Part shown: positions 1-9,773 of the stretch, piece after piece
How positions within the stretch are numbered: position 1 is the first letter of the stretch
How the letters are laid out: each line of letters opens with the position of its first letter
From: an uncultured Gammaproteobacteria bacterium
GTDB lineage: Bacteria > Pseudomonadota > Gammaproteobacteria > Arenicellales > JAANXG01
Assembly (NCBI GenBank): GCA_947259395.1
Contig: CAMYMN010000012.1
Location: forward strand, 245 to 64,244
Direction of reading: 5' to 3'
Length of the DNA stretch: 64,000 bases
Notes under the pieces: generated by a model
Database searches by the model: none
What the model saw: the letters and a program-made list of their open reading frames with translations, nothing else
Told to the model about the DNA's origin: nothing
Position numbers and translations under genes: made by a program

Positions 1-1870
1 GTGCCCCACCCCGCATCAATAACGCCGCTCCCGCCTCGCGAAAGCTGCCGGCCCCAGTATTCACCCAAACCAGATTGGGATCCAGACGATAGTTGGTCAC
101 TACGATGTCTTGGGCACCGTCATCATTGAGGTCACTCCACACCACGCCGCGCCCACAAAGGGGCTCATCGAGTAAGACACCAGCATATTCACTCGCGTCC
201 ACAAAGGTGCCATCGCCTTGATTGCGCAGCAGTTGGTCGGAATCGCAAAATCCACGCTCTATGCCCTTGCTCTCATAATTAGCGAGATACAAATCGAGCC
301 AACCGTCGTTATCGAAATCACCCCATGCTGACGCCTCGGTCTGAATGGGCGCCACGCGCGCGAAGCTAGGTGTCTGCGTACTAGCATTATGGAATGCACC
401 GCCATTTTCATTGACGTACAACCTGTTGCCGTCGCGGTGAACCACGAACAAATCGATAAAGCCGTCATTATTGATGTCCGCCCAGGTTCCACCGTGACTG
501 CCTTTGGGCACGTTTTCGCCGAGCAATGCAGTCACATCTTTAAATCCCTTGCCATCTTCGTTGTGGAACACACGGGGACCGTCCACTAACAGATCGTCAT
601 AGCCGTCGTTGTCGTAGTCCCCCCAGGCAACCCGTTGCGACCGTATGCCTTGTAACCCTGATGTCGTGGCATCGGTGAATGTCACGACACCGCCTCGTGC
701 TGCGAAAAAGCGGTGGGCCCGGCCACGATAAGCATAATGCTTGTGCAAGGATTGGCTGAGTTGGTCCAAGTCTTTTACGGAACGATTACCAGCAGCCAGA
801 GATTGCATTAGGTAATCAACTGCCTGATCGACGTCTCCCTGATCAGAGGCCAGCTCATATAGTTGGCGATACACACGCCAGGGTTGAGCGTGGTCATCCA
901 ACGCCTGTTTGAACAAGCGGTATGCCTCAATCTTGCGTCCTTGACGCTGACGCAACACCCCGAGCCAATAATATGATTCGGCCCCTTCCCAACCGTGAAC
1001 TAATCGCCATGCATCGTCGTTTCGGTGTCGGGAATGTTCGCGAACATCATCTCGGGACCAGTTGGACAGGTGCTGGCGCAGCCAATCTTCCGCCGTGTCC
1101 AGCGCCTCGTCCTGGTCGATCAGCCGCGCCGCCATTAATTGCCGCAGATGGCGATTGGTGGGTGAGCGCGCTAGTATGGATCGCGCCTCTTCTATGCTGA
1201 TCCGTCGCGTCAACGTGCTCAAATAAACCCGGCTGATCAGCCTCGCGCCATTTTGATCCGGAAAATGTCCCAGGTATAACTCTGCCAGTTCCCGTCTCGT
1301 GGTTGGATCTGTAGTTCTAATGATGAACTCTTGTAATTGCACCGCAATTGAGTCGCGTAACGCCGCCGATTCGGCTGTCGACACCAACCACTTCAAAAGT
1401 TCGATATTTTCCCGTTGCAGATTTAGGATTTGATATCCCTGATACGCCGTGTACATCCCCTTCGGGGAATTTGCATGGCGGTGGGCGAAGGCATCAACCT
1501 CGGCCTCGACTTGCTGTCTGTTTTCCGTGTCTAAGGCAATCAACGCCGCCCACCGGCGATGACGCGAGGCATGGAAATCCGGATGCTGCGCCAGCACTGT
1601 CTCATATTGGGCAACCGCTTGTGACAGCATGCGCATTCGATACAAGCACTCGCCCAACAGATGCCCCGCTTCCGGACGTGATGGATTGGCCTGCCACAAC
1701 TCAGCGAGCCTCAAACGAGCCGTTTGCAACTGTCCTGCTTGCATCAGTTGACGCGACATCGCCACGGACTGCTCGTAATCTTGCGGTATAACACGCGCCA
1801 TAGGCGCACACCCAGACAAGAACAGGAGCGCAGTAACCGTGGCTCCGATATACCAATGTGCCGTATACAT
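1..1870 (-). CDS. Lipoprotein with N-terminal TPR-like helices and FG-GAP/VCBS (CRTAC1/ASPIC-UnbV-like) repeats; runs off the window start
   Basis: Not in the ORF track because it has no stop in the window. Manual translation of several segments from ATG 1870, all in the same frame: MYTAHWYIGATVTALLFLSGC (lipobox), TPR-like EAGHLLGECLYRMRMLSQAVAQYETVL, then repeats VAWGDYDNDGYDDLLV, AWGDFDNDGWLDLYLANY, VVWSDLNDDGAQDIVVTN. Confidence 0.85.
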   Translation of the reverse strand, partial: MYTAHWYIGATVTALLFLSGCAPMARVIPQDYEQSVAMSRQLMQAGQLQTARLRLAELWQANPSRPEAGHLLGECLYRMRMLSQAVAQYETVLAQHPDFHASRHRRWAALIALDTENRQQVEAEVDAFAHRHANSPKGMYTAYQGYQILNLQRENIELLKWLVSTAESAALRDSIAVQLQEFIIRTTDPTTRRELAELYLGHFPDQNGARLISRVYLSTLTRRISIEEARSILARSPTNRHLRQLMAARLIDQDEALDTAEDWLRQHLSNWSRDDVREHSRHRNDDAWRLVHGWEGAESYYWLGVLRQRQGRKIEAYRLFKQALDDHAQPWRVYRQLYELASDQGDVDQAVDYLMQSLAAGNRSVKDLDQLSQSLHKHYAYRGRAHRFFAARGGVVTFTDATTSGLQGIRSQRVAWGDYDNDGYDDLLVDGPRVFHNEDGKGFKDVTALLGENVPKGSHGGTWADINNDGFIDLFVVHRDGNRLYVNENGGAFHNASTQTPSFARVAPIQTEASAWGDFDNDGWLDLYLANYESKGIERGFCDSDQLLRNQGDGTFVDASEYAGVLLDEPLCGRGVVWSDLNDDGAQDIVVTNYRLDPNLVWVNTGAGSFREAGAALLMRGGA

Positions 1871-1938
1871 GCGAAAATGTGAATCAGGTGACAGGTTAAA
1901 CTTTATAGTAATATTTCCCACAAATATCGATGTGAAAG

Positions 1939-2421
1939 ATGAAAATCGTAGTCAATATTCTTATCATCCTGCTCATCTTAGGTGTTGGATTATCGAGTGG
2001 CGCCGTGCTACTGAACAAAGTCCCGATTCTAGATCCGCCGGGATGGAAAACGCGTCTTATCATCTATCTATCGAAAAACTCAGCAGCGATCGATCCACAG
2101 AGCCCGCTGCCGGAACTTCGCCCCGACCTGTATTCAGTTTCTGTCGAACAACTGTTCGACATCGTACGCGAAACAGCCATCGAACTGGACTGGCAGATAA
2201 AAAGTATTGACCATGCTCAGATGAGTATGGAAGTGATTGTTACGTCTTCATTGCTAAGTTTCAAAGATGACATGACAATGCGCGTGATGGCAAACGCCAG
2301 CGACAAAAGCAGTTTGTACGCAAGCTCCCAATCTCGTGTCGGGCGCGCGGATTTCGGCGCAAATCTTGGGCATATCTTGAAGTTAAAACGTACAGTCCAG
2401 CACAAAGTACCGCGCCTTTAG
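1939..2421 (+). CDS. DUF1499-family membrane-anchored protein
   Basis: N-terminal hydrophobic helix; motifs TSSLLSFKDDM and SQSRVGRADFGANLGHI. Confidence 0.75.
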   Translation: MKIVVNILIILLILGVGLSSGAVLLNKVPILDPPGWKTRLIIYLSKNSAAIDPQSPLPELRPDLYSVSVEQLFDIVRETAIELDWQIKSIDHAQMSMEVIVTSSLLSFKDDMTMRVMANASDKSSLYASSQSRVGRADFGANLGHILKLKRTVQHKVPRL

Positions 2422-2441
2422 GCTTTGTAGTTCGCATCCAT

Positions 2442-4346
2442 TTGTCACTCCCTCTACACGTGAAACCTACCGAGCAGTCCAGTCAATTCGATCTGCTCAA
2501 GCAGCGGCGCTTTCTGCCGTTTTTTATGACCCAGTTTTTAGGGGCTTTTAATGATAACCTGTTCAAAAATGCGCTTATTATTCTGATCACGTTCCATCTT
2601 GCCTCAAGTCTAGAGATCCATGTTCTCGTAAACATCAGTGCGGGTCTTTTTATACTGCCGTTCTTTCTGTTTTCCGCCACCGCCGGTCAATTAGCGGATA
2701 AGTTTGACAAATCGGTACTCATGCGACACGTCAAGACGGTTGAAATCATTATTATGTTACTCGGCGCCCTTGGCATTTATTTCAAGAACATACCGTTGTT
2801 ATTGAGTGTATTGTTTCTCATGGGCACTCAATCCACGTTTTTTGGCCCCGCCAAGTACGGCATCCTGCCGCAACACCTCACTGAGCAGGAACTCGTCGGC
2901 GGAAACGGACTGGTGGAGACCGGTACATTCCTTGCGATACTGCTGGGTACGCTATTTGGAGGCGTGCTCGTCGGTCTCAGTGACGTCGGACGCCACCTGG
3001 CGGCCGTCTTTATCGTCAGCGTGGCAGTCATTGGCCGTTGGTGCAGCCACTTTATACCTACCGCCCCACCGCCAGACCCGGAACTCAAGATCAATTTCAA
3101 CATCGCCGCCGAGACCGTGCGCATCGTCAAATTCACGGTTCACAACCATACCGTGTTGCTCTCGATTCTTGGCATCTCGTGGTTCTGGTTTTTTGGCTCG
3201 GTGTTTCTGACCCAGTTTCCGAGTTACACGAAACTAACCTTGGGTGGTGACGGCACTGTTGCGACCCTACTACTCACCTTCTTCTCCATTGGCATAGGCA
3301 CAGGTTCTCTGCTATGCGAAAAACTCTCGGCGCGGCACATAGAACCCGGTTTGGTGCCATTGGGGGCCTTCGGTATGACCGTATTTGCTATTGACCTGGC
3401 CTTTGCTCACACCACGTTTACGGGTACACAATTGCTGAACGCACAAACGTTTCTGGTCAACGCGGCTAATTGGCGGGTATTAGTGGATCTTGGTTTGATC
3501 TCGTTGTTTAGTGGTTTTTATATCGTACCGCTGTATGCGATTGTGCAGAATCGAAGCGAACCTCGTCATCGCTCACGAATCATTGCCGGTAATAACATCA
3601 TCAACGCGGTGTTCATGGTCATCGCCGCATTGATGTCCATCGGGCTTCTCAAGGCTGGACTGACCATACCGCAACTGTTCTTAGTAGTAGCGCTAATGAA
3701 TGCGGCCGTCGCGGTATTCATTTTTGTCGAGGTCCCTGAATTCTTGATGCGAATGATAATGTGGCTGTTGGTACATTCGATTTACCGTATTGAGTCCCGC
3801 GATTTACATCACATTCCGTTGACTGGGCCGGCGTTGCTGGTAAGTAACCATGTAAGCTTTGTGGACGCGCTGATTATTTCGGCAGCTAGTCCGCGTCCGA
3901 TCCGATTTGTTATGGACCATCATATCTTTAATCTGCCGGTGTTGAATTTTGTGTTCCGCACCGCACGAGCGATACCCATCGCCTCGGCGCAACAAGATTC
4001 GTCGATGTTGGAGAACGCTTACGATACCATCGCCGATGCACTCGGCCGCGGCGAACTCGTGTGCATCTTCCCCGAAGGTGAGATCACCAAGACCGGTGAG
4101 ATCAACGATTTCAAAAAAGGCGTTGAACATATTGTGCGGCGCACACCGGTGACCGTTGTTCCGCTCGCCTTGCGCGGTGTCTGGGGTACTTTTTTCAGCC
4201 GTAAGGGGGGCCGCGCGATGTCCAGATGGCCAACACGATTGTGGTCAAAGATCATCATCGCCAGCGGAGCGCCGTTGGCGCCGGAAACAGTGTCAGCGCC
4301 GCAGCTACAGGACCTGGTCACCGAGTTGCGCGGCCCCCGGTGCTGA
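2442..4346 (+). CDS. MFS lysophospholipid transporter (LplT-like) fused to a PlsC-type acyltransferase
   Basis: RRFLPFFMTQFLGAFNDNLFKNA MFS start, many TM helices, C-terminal NHVSFVD (HxxxxD) and FPEG motifs. The start may instead be the GTG at 2460. Confidence 0.9.
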   Translation: MSLPLHVKPTEQSSQFDLLKQRRFLPFFMTQFLGAFNDNLFKNALIILITFHLASSLEIHVLVNISAGLFILPFFLFSATAGQLADKFDKSVLMRHVKTVEIIIMLLGALGIYFKNIPLLLSVLFLMGTQSTFFGPAKYGILPQHLTEQELVGGNGLVETGTFLAILLGTLFGGVLVGLSDVGRHLAAVFIVSVAVIGRWCSHFIPTAPPPDPELKINFNIAAETVRIVKFTVHNHTVLLSILGISWFWFFGSVFLTQFPSYTKLTLGGDGTVATLLLTFFSIGIGTGSLLCEKLSARHIEPGLVPLGAFGMTVFAIDLAFAHTTFTGTQLLNAQTFLVNAANWRVLVDLGLISLFSGFYIVPLYAIVQNRSEPRHRSRIIAGNNIINAVFMVIAALMSIGLLKAGLTIPQLFLVVALMNAAVAVFIFVEVPEFLMRMIMWLLVHSIYRIESRDLHHIPLTGPALLVSNHVSFVDALIISAASPRPIRFVMDHHIFNLPVLNFVFRTARAIPIASAQQDSSMLENAYDTIADALGRGELVCIFPEGEITKTGEINDFKKGVEHIVRRTPVTVVPLALRGVWGTFFSRKGGRAMSRWPTRLWSKIIIASGAPLAPETVSAPQLQDLVTELRGPRC

Positions 4347-4386
4347 GCCGCTTTTTGCACCGAGGTGATGGGTGATGGCACCGGGA

Positions 4387-5748
4387 TCAGGCAGGCATTT
4401 GCAGGGTGACGCACAATCCGGGGTCATTGCCGTCCAGGCTGAGCGCGATACCGTGCAATTTCGCCACTGCAGACACTAAACTTAGGCCAAGTCCACTGCC
4501 CGCTGACGTGCGGCTGTGGTCCAAGCGGTAAAATCTTTGAAAGACCTGGTCGCGCTCGGGTTCCGGCACACCGGGACCGGTGTCACAGATCATGACCCGC
4601 CGCAACCCATCGTCCACGCACACCTTGATATTTCCACCTGCTGGCGTGTATTTGATCGCGTTGTCGAGCAGATTGGCGAACGCTTGAAATAACAAATCCC
4701 GGTCGCCATAAATGGTCATCGATGATTCGCATTCGAGATTGAATCCGAGCCCCTGCTCTTCGGCCACCGGACCGTACAGATCACCGACATCACGCAATAG
4801 GGGTTGCAATTCGATCGCGTCGAACCCCTCGCGTCTAGACTCCGATTCGATACGCGCGATTCGCAACAGTGCATTAAAGGTGGCAAGCAGTCCGTCGGCC
4901 TCGTTGACTGCGCTGTCGATCAGGTTCTGACGCGAGTCGCCTTGTACATCCGACATACGTAAGCTTTCCAATCCACGGCGCAAGCGAGCCAGAGGTGTCC
5001 TCAGATCATGGGCGATATTGTCAGAGACTCGACGTACACCGTCCATCAAAAGTTCTATTTGGTCGAGCATGCGGTTGAGGTTGTCCGCCAGCGCATCGAA
5101 GTCATCATCAGATTGGCTGGTCGGAATCCTCTTGGTCAGATCGCCCGACATGATTTCCCGGCTGGTGCGATTGATCAGTTCGATCCGACGCATCATGCTG
5201 CGACTCATCATCACACCGCCCAGCAAGGCAAGGGCCAGGGTAATTGCCATCCCCCAAGTCAACGTACGTATGATCAGTTTCTGCGTATCCTCCAGTTCAA
5301 ACATATCGCGACCAACGAGCAGGTAAAAATTTCTCTTTAGCACGAATGCCCGCGCCCGTGCCCGATGAATACGCTTGGTTTCAGATCCGCCCAGCTGAAA
5401 ATTGAACCAACCCTGCTCGTCCTCTCGCACCTTCGGCCAGCGATCGATATTACCCACCAGTGGATTGAGTTGACTGTCTGCGAGTAGATAAATTGAGGAA
5501 TCGCCCGGTTGTTGAGCGGTCAACCGTTCGGCGATCTGTGCCGTCAAGCCACCAAGACCGTCGGTTTCATAACGTTCGGCGAGGCCCTTTATCTCGGCCT
5601 CAATCGTTTCGTCCGCCTGCCGTGACATATAAGCTGCCGTTGACCAATAGATAAAACCGAGCAGGGCCAGCACCGAGGCGCTGAACAACACCATGTAAAT
5701 CAGTGCAAGGCGAAAGGTTGAGCTTCTAAAGAGCTTGTTAAGACGCAC
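4387..5748 (-). CDS. Sensor histidine kinase (2 TM, HAMP, HisKA, HATPase)
   Basis: IAHDLRTPL H-box, NLLDNAIKY N-box, DTGPG and GSGLGL G-boxes. Confidence 0.95.
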   Translation of the reverse strand: MRLNKLFRSSTFRLALIYMVLFSASVLALLGFIYWSTAAYMSRQADETIEAEIKGLAERYETDGLGGLTAQIAERLTAQQPGDSSIYLLADSQLNPLVGNIDRWPKVREDEQGWFNFQLGGSETKRIHRARARAFVLKRNFYLLVGRDMFELEDTQKLIIRTLTWGMAITLALALLGGVMMSRSMMRRIELINRTSREIMSGDLTKRIPTSQSDDDFDALADNLNRMLDQIELLMDGVRRVSDNIAHDLRTPLARLRRGLESLRMSDVQGDSRQNLIDSAVNEADGLLATFNALLRIARIESESRREGFDAIELQPLLRDVGDLYGPVAEEQGLGFNLECESSMTIYGDRDLLFQAFANLLDNAIKYTPAGGNIKVCVDDGLRRVMICDTGPGVPEPERDQVFQRFYRLDHSRTSAGSGLGLSLVSAVAKLHGIALSLDGNDPGLCVTLQMPA

Positions 5749-6412
5749 GGAGCACGTAGCCGGCGCCGCGAACCGTATGCAGCAAGGGTTGCGGAAATTC
5801 TTTATCGATCTTGCTTCTCAACCGGCTGATATGTACATCGATGACGTTTGTCTGGGGATCAAAATGATATTCCCAAACCTTTTCCAACAGCATGGTGCGG
5901 GTTACTACTTGTCCACTGTGGCGCATCAAAAACTCGAGCAGACGAAATTCTCGCGGTTGCAGGTCAATAATCTTGTCACCGCGTTTTACCTGACGCGACA
6001 ATAGATCCATTTCCAAATCCGCGACTTGTAGTTTCGTGGTCGGTGCTTCGACATCGGTGCGCCTTACCAATGCCTCCAGGCGCGCCAACAACTCTGAAAA
6101 CGCGAACGGCTTTACCAGATAATCGTCACCACCGGCCTTGAGGCCCTGCACCCGGTCATCGACCTCCCCCAGCGCGCTGAGTATCAATGCCGGCGTATGG
6201 TTGTCTGCGAAACGTAACGATTTGATGATGGACAGGCCGTCTAATTCCGGCAGCATCCTGTCGACAACGAGTACATCATAGGATTCAGTACTCGCCAGGT
6301 GTAACCCTGCCTTGCCATCCGCGGCGTGATCTGCCACATGCCCCTGCTCTTTGAGGCCTTTGACAACATATGAGGCGGTATCGTGGTCGTCTTCGATTAC
6401 TAGCACCCGCAT
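5738..6412 (-). CDS. OmpR/CusR-family response regulator
   Basis: MRVLVIEDD, VDRMLP phospho-Asp, KPF, winged helix TNVIDVHISRLR...TVRGAGY. Start set at ATG 6412; the gene overlaps the kinase start. Confidence 0.95.
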   Translation of the reverse strand: MRVLVIEDDHDTASYVVKGLKEQGHVADHAADGKAGLHLASTESYDVLVVDRMLPELDGLSIIKSLRFADNHTPALILSALGEVDDRVQGLKAGGDDYLVKPFAFSELLARLEALVRRTDVEAPTTKLQVADLEMDLLSRQVKRGDKIIDLQPREFRLLEFLMRHSGQVVTRTMLLEKVWEYHFDPQTNVIDVHISRLRSKIDKEFPQPLLHTVRGAGYVLRAS

Positions 6413-6478
6413 AGTTCTATGTTCAGTGGTTGCAGCGCGTTCGTCAATGCCGTGTGGTGATCTTCCGGATAAGGAATC

Positions 6479-6506
6479 CCCGGGGCCGTCGCCCGCCGGC
6501 CCCGGG
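6479..6506. other. GC-rich intergenic hairpin between degP and the response regulator
   Basis: CCCGGGGCCG-(8 nt)-CGGCCCCGGG, a perfect 10-bp stem with no clear U-tract. Confidence 0.5.
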
Positions 6507-6525
6507 TTTACTCGCAGTTGACCTT

Positions 6526-6564
6526 GCATTTATGCGAATCTCACGGCATTTATGCGAATCTCAC
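6526..6564. repeat. 19-bp tandem direct repeat spanning the degP stop codon
   Basis: GCATTTATGCGAATCTCAC at 6526-6544 and 6546-6564. Confidence 0.9.
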
Positions 6565-8076
6565 TGCCACGAATCGATCACTACCGCGCCGCTCGATCAA
6601 TATCAACACTGATGACTGGTCCGCTTTTACGGCTCGCTCGACGGCATTCACCACATCACTCGGCGCGTTTACGGTCTCACCACCGATCATCTTAATGACA
6701 TCACCCGGAGAAAATCCCTTACGCGCGGCCGGGCTGCCAGGCGTCACTTCGGTCACCAGCACCCCTTCGGTGTCGTTTGGAACGCGAAATTGACGCCGCG
6801 TCTCCGCAGTCAGCGGTGCCAACGTTAAACCGAGTTTTGGCCGATCGGCACCACCAAGTGCGTTCCCGGCATCCGCTACCGTCTCCTCCTCATCCGGGCT
6901 CGCGCCGACCGTCACCCGAAGCGTCCGCAAATCACCTGCGCGCCATATTTCTAACTCGACGTTTCGATCGGCAGCCACGCTCGCCACCAACTTAGGCAAC
7001 TCCCGCATGCGCCCGATTGCTTGGCCATCGAACTTACGGATCACATCACCCGTCTGTACGCCCGCTTGGTGCGCGGGGCTGCCATCGACCACACTGGCTA
7101 CCAGAGCGCCGTTTTGGTCGTCGAGACCCAGGGTGTCCGCGATGTCCTCGGTTACCGTCTGGATCTGAACACCCAGCCATCCGCGGTTCACGCGGCCGGT
7201 GGCGATGAGTTGCTCGATGACAGGTTTTGCCATGTTGGCCGGAATCGCGAATCCGATGCCCACGTTACCGCCGTTTGGCGAAAAAATGGCGGTATTCACT
7301 CCCACCACAGTACCATCGACCGCAAACAATGGCCCGCCCGAGTTCCCTTGGTTAATCGGCGCATCGATTTGCAGGAAATCGTCCAACGGGCCGGAACGAA
7401 TGTCGCGACCGCGCGCGGAAATGATGCCGGTGGTGGCGGTGCCGCCCAAACCGAACGGGTTACCGATAGCAACCACCCAATCGCCGACACGCGCACGTCC
7501 CGAGTCACCGAACACCACGTAGGGCAGCGGTTCGTCTGCAGTGATTTTCAGCAAAGCCAGATCGGTCTTCGCGTCATATCCCTTGAGCTCGGCCGGATAG
7601 CGCTTGCCGCCGTTGGTGACGACGGTGATCTCGGACGCACCCTTAATGACGTGATGATTCGTCACCACATATCCATCGGGATCGATAACAAACCCGGATC
7701 CCACCGCGTGGATTCGCTCGTTGGGCTTCGAAAAGCGATCCGGTGTATCGAAGTGACGATCGAAAAACTCCTGAAACGGAGAATTGGGTGGAAACCGGAA
7801 ATGAGGACCACGTTCAGACTGCTGAGCAGGCGGCGCACCAGCGGTTGAAACATTCACCACTGCGGGTTTCACTGCCTCCACCACGTCAGCAAAGCTAGCG
7901 GGCTTGTCAATTATGCTCGTGGCCGGTATCAAGGTGTGGGCGGGGGCGGACTTCGCCGCCGCCGGGGAAACGGGTTGAACAAGCAACGCGACGGTCAGGG
8001 CAGTGCCTACTGCACTGGCGATGAGCCATCGCCGATTTGAAAATTGTTTCAACATTTGATTCTGCATCTTTCGCAC
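6550..8076 (-). CDS. degP: Periplasmic Do/DegP/DegQ serine protease with two PDZ domains
   Basis: GSGFVI, TNHHV, TDLALL, INQGNSGGPL catalytic motifs; two PDZ regions; N-terminal signal/anchor. Confidence 0.95.
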   Translation of the reverse strand: MRKMQNQMLKQFSNRRWLIASAVGTALTVALLVQPVSPAAAKSAPAHTLIPATSIIDKPASFADVVEAVKPAVVNVSTAGAPPAQQSERGPHFRFPPNSPFQEFFDRHFDTPDRFSKPNERIHAVGSGFVIDPDGYVVTNHHVIKGASEITVVTNGGKRYPAELKGYDAKTDLALLKITADEPLPYVVFGDSGRARVGDWVVAIGNPFGLGGTATTGIISARGRDIRSGPLDDFLQIDAPINQGNSGGPLFAVDGTVVGVNTAIFSPNGGNVGIGFAIPANMAKPVIEQLIATGRVNRGWLGVQIQTVTEDIADTLGLDDQNGALVASVVDGSPAHQAGVQTGDVIRKFDGQAIGRMRELPKLVASVAADRNVELEIWRAGDLRTLRVTVGASPDEEETVADAGNALGGADRPKLGLTLAPLTAETRRQFRVPNDTEGVLVTEVTPGSPAARKGFSPGDVIKMIGGETVNAPSDVVNAVERAVKADQSSVLILIERRGSDRFVAVRFA

Positions 8077-8156
8077 ACTCCATAGTCTACGGATTCAAGG
8101 AATGGGGCCAGGCATATCGCCTAAACTGGATGGCTGAAATTGTAGGGATCCGGAGC

Positions 8157-8188
8157 TTACGAATCAGTTTCGTAAAAATTAAATTTAA
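8157..8188. promoter_or_regulatory. Palindromic putative regulator-binding site upstream of degP
   Basis: TTACGAA-N5-TTCGTAA (8157-8175) followed by the TTAAATTTAA palindrome (8179-8188), in the divergent intergenic region. Confidence 0.4.
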
Positions 8189-8325
8189 GTAACCTGTGGC
8201 CGTGGATTCCTTTGATCATTCTCCCTGCACGACCGCGGAAAGCGCACAAATCCTGTAAAATAGGCGCATCCAATCATGCTCAGCACTAATGAAAAGGTTG
8301 AGCGGCATGTAGATACCTAGACACT

Positions 8326-9126
8326 GTGCCCACCATTCGCATCAACGATATTGATCTTTATTACGATCGTAGTGGCGACGGCGAGCCATTGTTGTTTCTT
8401 CACGGCCTCGGCTCAAGTAGCCGCGATTGGGAGTTCCAAAAGACTTATTTCACGAGCCGCTACCAAGTTATCACTATTGATACCCGTGGTCACGGCCGGT
8501 CCGGAAAACCACCTGGTCCGTATACCATAGATCTATTTGCGCGCGACATCGTGGAACTTCACAAGGAGCTGGAACTCGGGCCAGTGCATGTGGTGGGTTT
8601 GTCGATGGGTGGGATGATTGCTTTCCAGCTTGTCATAGATCAACCCTCCCTGGTTCATTCCGTAACTATCGTCAACAGCGGGCCAGCGTTGATTCTTAAC
8701 ACGCTAAGACTAAAGCTGAGCTTTAAGAAACGAGAATGGATTGTCCGATTATTTGGCATGCGTAAGATGGGCAAAGTGCTGGCAAACTCGCTATTACCAG
8801 AACCACATCAACAGGAGTTACACAGATTATTCATCGATCGTTGGGCGGAGAACAATCGAAAGGCCTACCTTACATCGCTGCGCGCACTGATTGGCTGGAG
8901 CGTTGCTGATCGTATCCACGATATTCGGTGCCCAACGCTGATCGTGAGTGCCGACCAGGACTACACGCCGGTGGTCTACAAACAGGCTTATGCAGCCAAA
9001 ATTCCTGGTGCTGAAGTCGCTGTCATCAGACACTCGCGGCACATGTCCCCCATCGATCAGCCTGACGCGTTCAATCGTACTCTAGACGAGTTTCTAGCCA
9101 GATATCCGGTAGCGCGTCAACCGTAG
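8326..9126 (+). CDS. Alpha/beta hydrolase (3-oxoadipate enol-lactonase-like)
   Basis: LHGLG oxyanion loop, DTRGHGRS, GLSMGG nucleophile elbow, C-terminal Asp (DQD) and His (SRHM). Confidence 0.85.
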   Translation: MPTIRINDIDLYYDRSGDGEPLLFLHGLGSSSRDWEFQKTYFTSRYQVITIDTRGHGRSGKPPGPYTIDLFARDIVELHKELELGPVHVVGLSMGGMIAFQLVIDQPSLVHSVTIVNSGPALILNTLRLKLSFKKREWIVRLFGMRKMGKVLANSLLPEPHQQELHRLFIDRWAENNRKAYLTSLRALIGWSVADRIHDIRCPTLIVSADQDYTPVVYKQAYAAKIPGAEVAVIRHSRHMSPIDQPDAFNRTLDEFLARYPVARQP

Positions 9127-9761
9127 CCGTTAATCATTCTAATTTTGCCGTCTTGGGTCTTGCGGTAGAATCGTCTCAATTCTTGAAACATCTCCGGGTG
9201 TTGGCGAACATAGCGCTGCTCTAGCCACCAACAGTACTTGGCGGCATATTGATTAGCGTGTCGGTATCGTTCCAGTTGCTCACTGTTCAAACTACTGTCG
9301 AAGCTAATCCTTTCAAACAACCATTGATGTAAACCATCCGGCATATGACAGTTCTGTTCACGCAATAAACTTGACAATCCAACATATTTATCTACTTCTG
9401 CTTGTAACTCGAGTTCCATCAGCGTCACGCTGCGCTTATAACCAGCATTCCACGTCAGATATAAGAAATGACTCACGCCCTCAACGGCGATGCAATACTC
9501 GGACAGGTTATCGTCACTGAGACTAGTAAGCGGATTCTCTCGTGCGAGAGGTTTCAGCACATCCTGATCGACGTAAAGAGAAAGGTGAAGGTCCGTATCA
9601 CTCTCATGCACAAGTAATTTTTCGCCAACCGCTCGTGGGTTGAGACTGGTATCCAGAGCGTGGGCCACGACGGCATCAGTAATCAAAAAATCATCAACAT
9701 TGTGATCGACAGCAATTTCGTAAATTGCTTGCAGTTGTTTTTGCAACACGTGCAACTGCAT
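9117..9761 (-). CDS. Conserved hypothetical protein (EGVSHF...ELELQAEVDKY motif)
   Basis: Clean 214-aa ORF 12 bp downstream of 9774..10424; I recall these motifs from a widespread uncharacterised family. Confidence 0.75.
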   Translation of the reverse strand: MQLHVLQKQLQAIYEIAVDHNVDDFLITDAVVAHALDTSLNPRAVGEKLLVHESDTDLHLSLYVDQDVLKPLARENPLTSLSDDNLSEYCIAVEGVSHFLYLTWNAGYKRSVTLMELELQAEVDKYVGLSSLLREQNCHMPDGLHQWLFERISFDSSLNSEQLERYRHANQYAAKYCWWLEQRYVRQHPEMFQELRRFYRKTQDGKIRMINGYG

Positions 9762-9773
9762 GACAATAATCGG

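Noticed and set aside
259-1791. Short ORFs listed in the first 1.8 kb
   Set aside because: Explained as shadows of the long minus-strand FG-GAP lipoprotein gene.
7021-7848. 275-aa plus-strand ORF, and similar antisense ORFs at 53320-54108 and 57214-58017
   Set aside because: They lie opposite well-supported genes (degP, dctP, pccA); typical antisense shadows.
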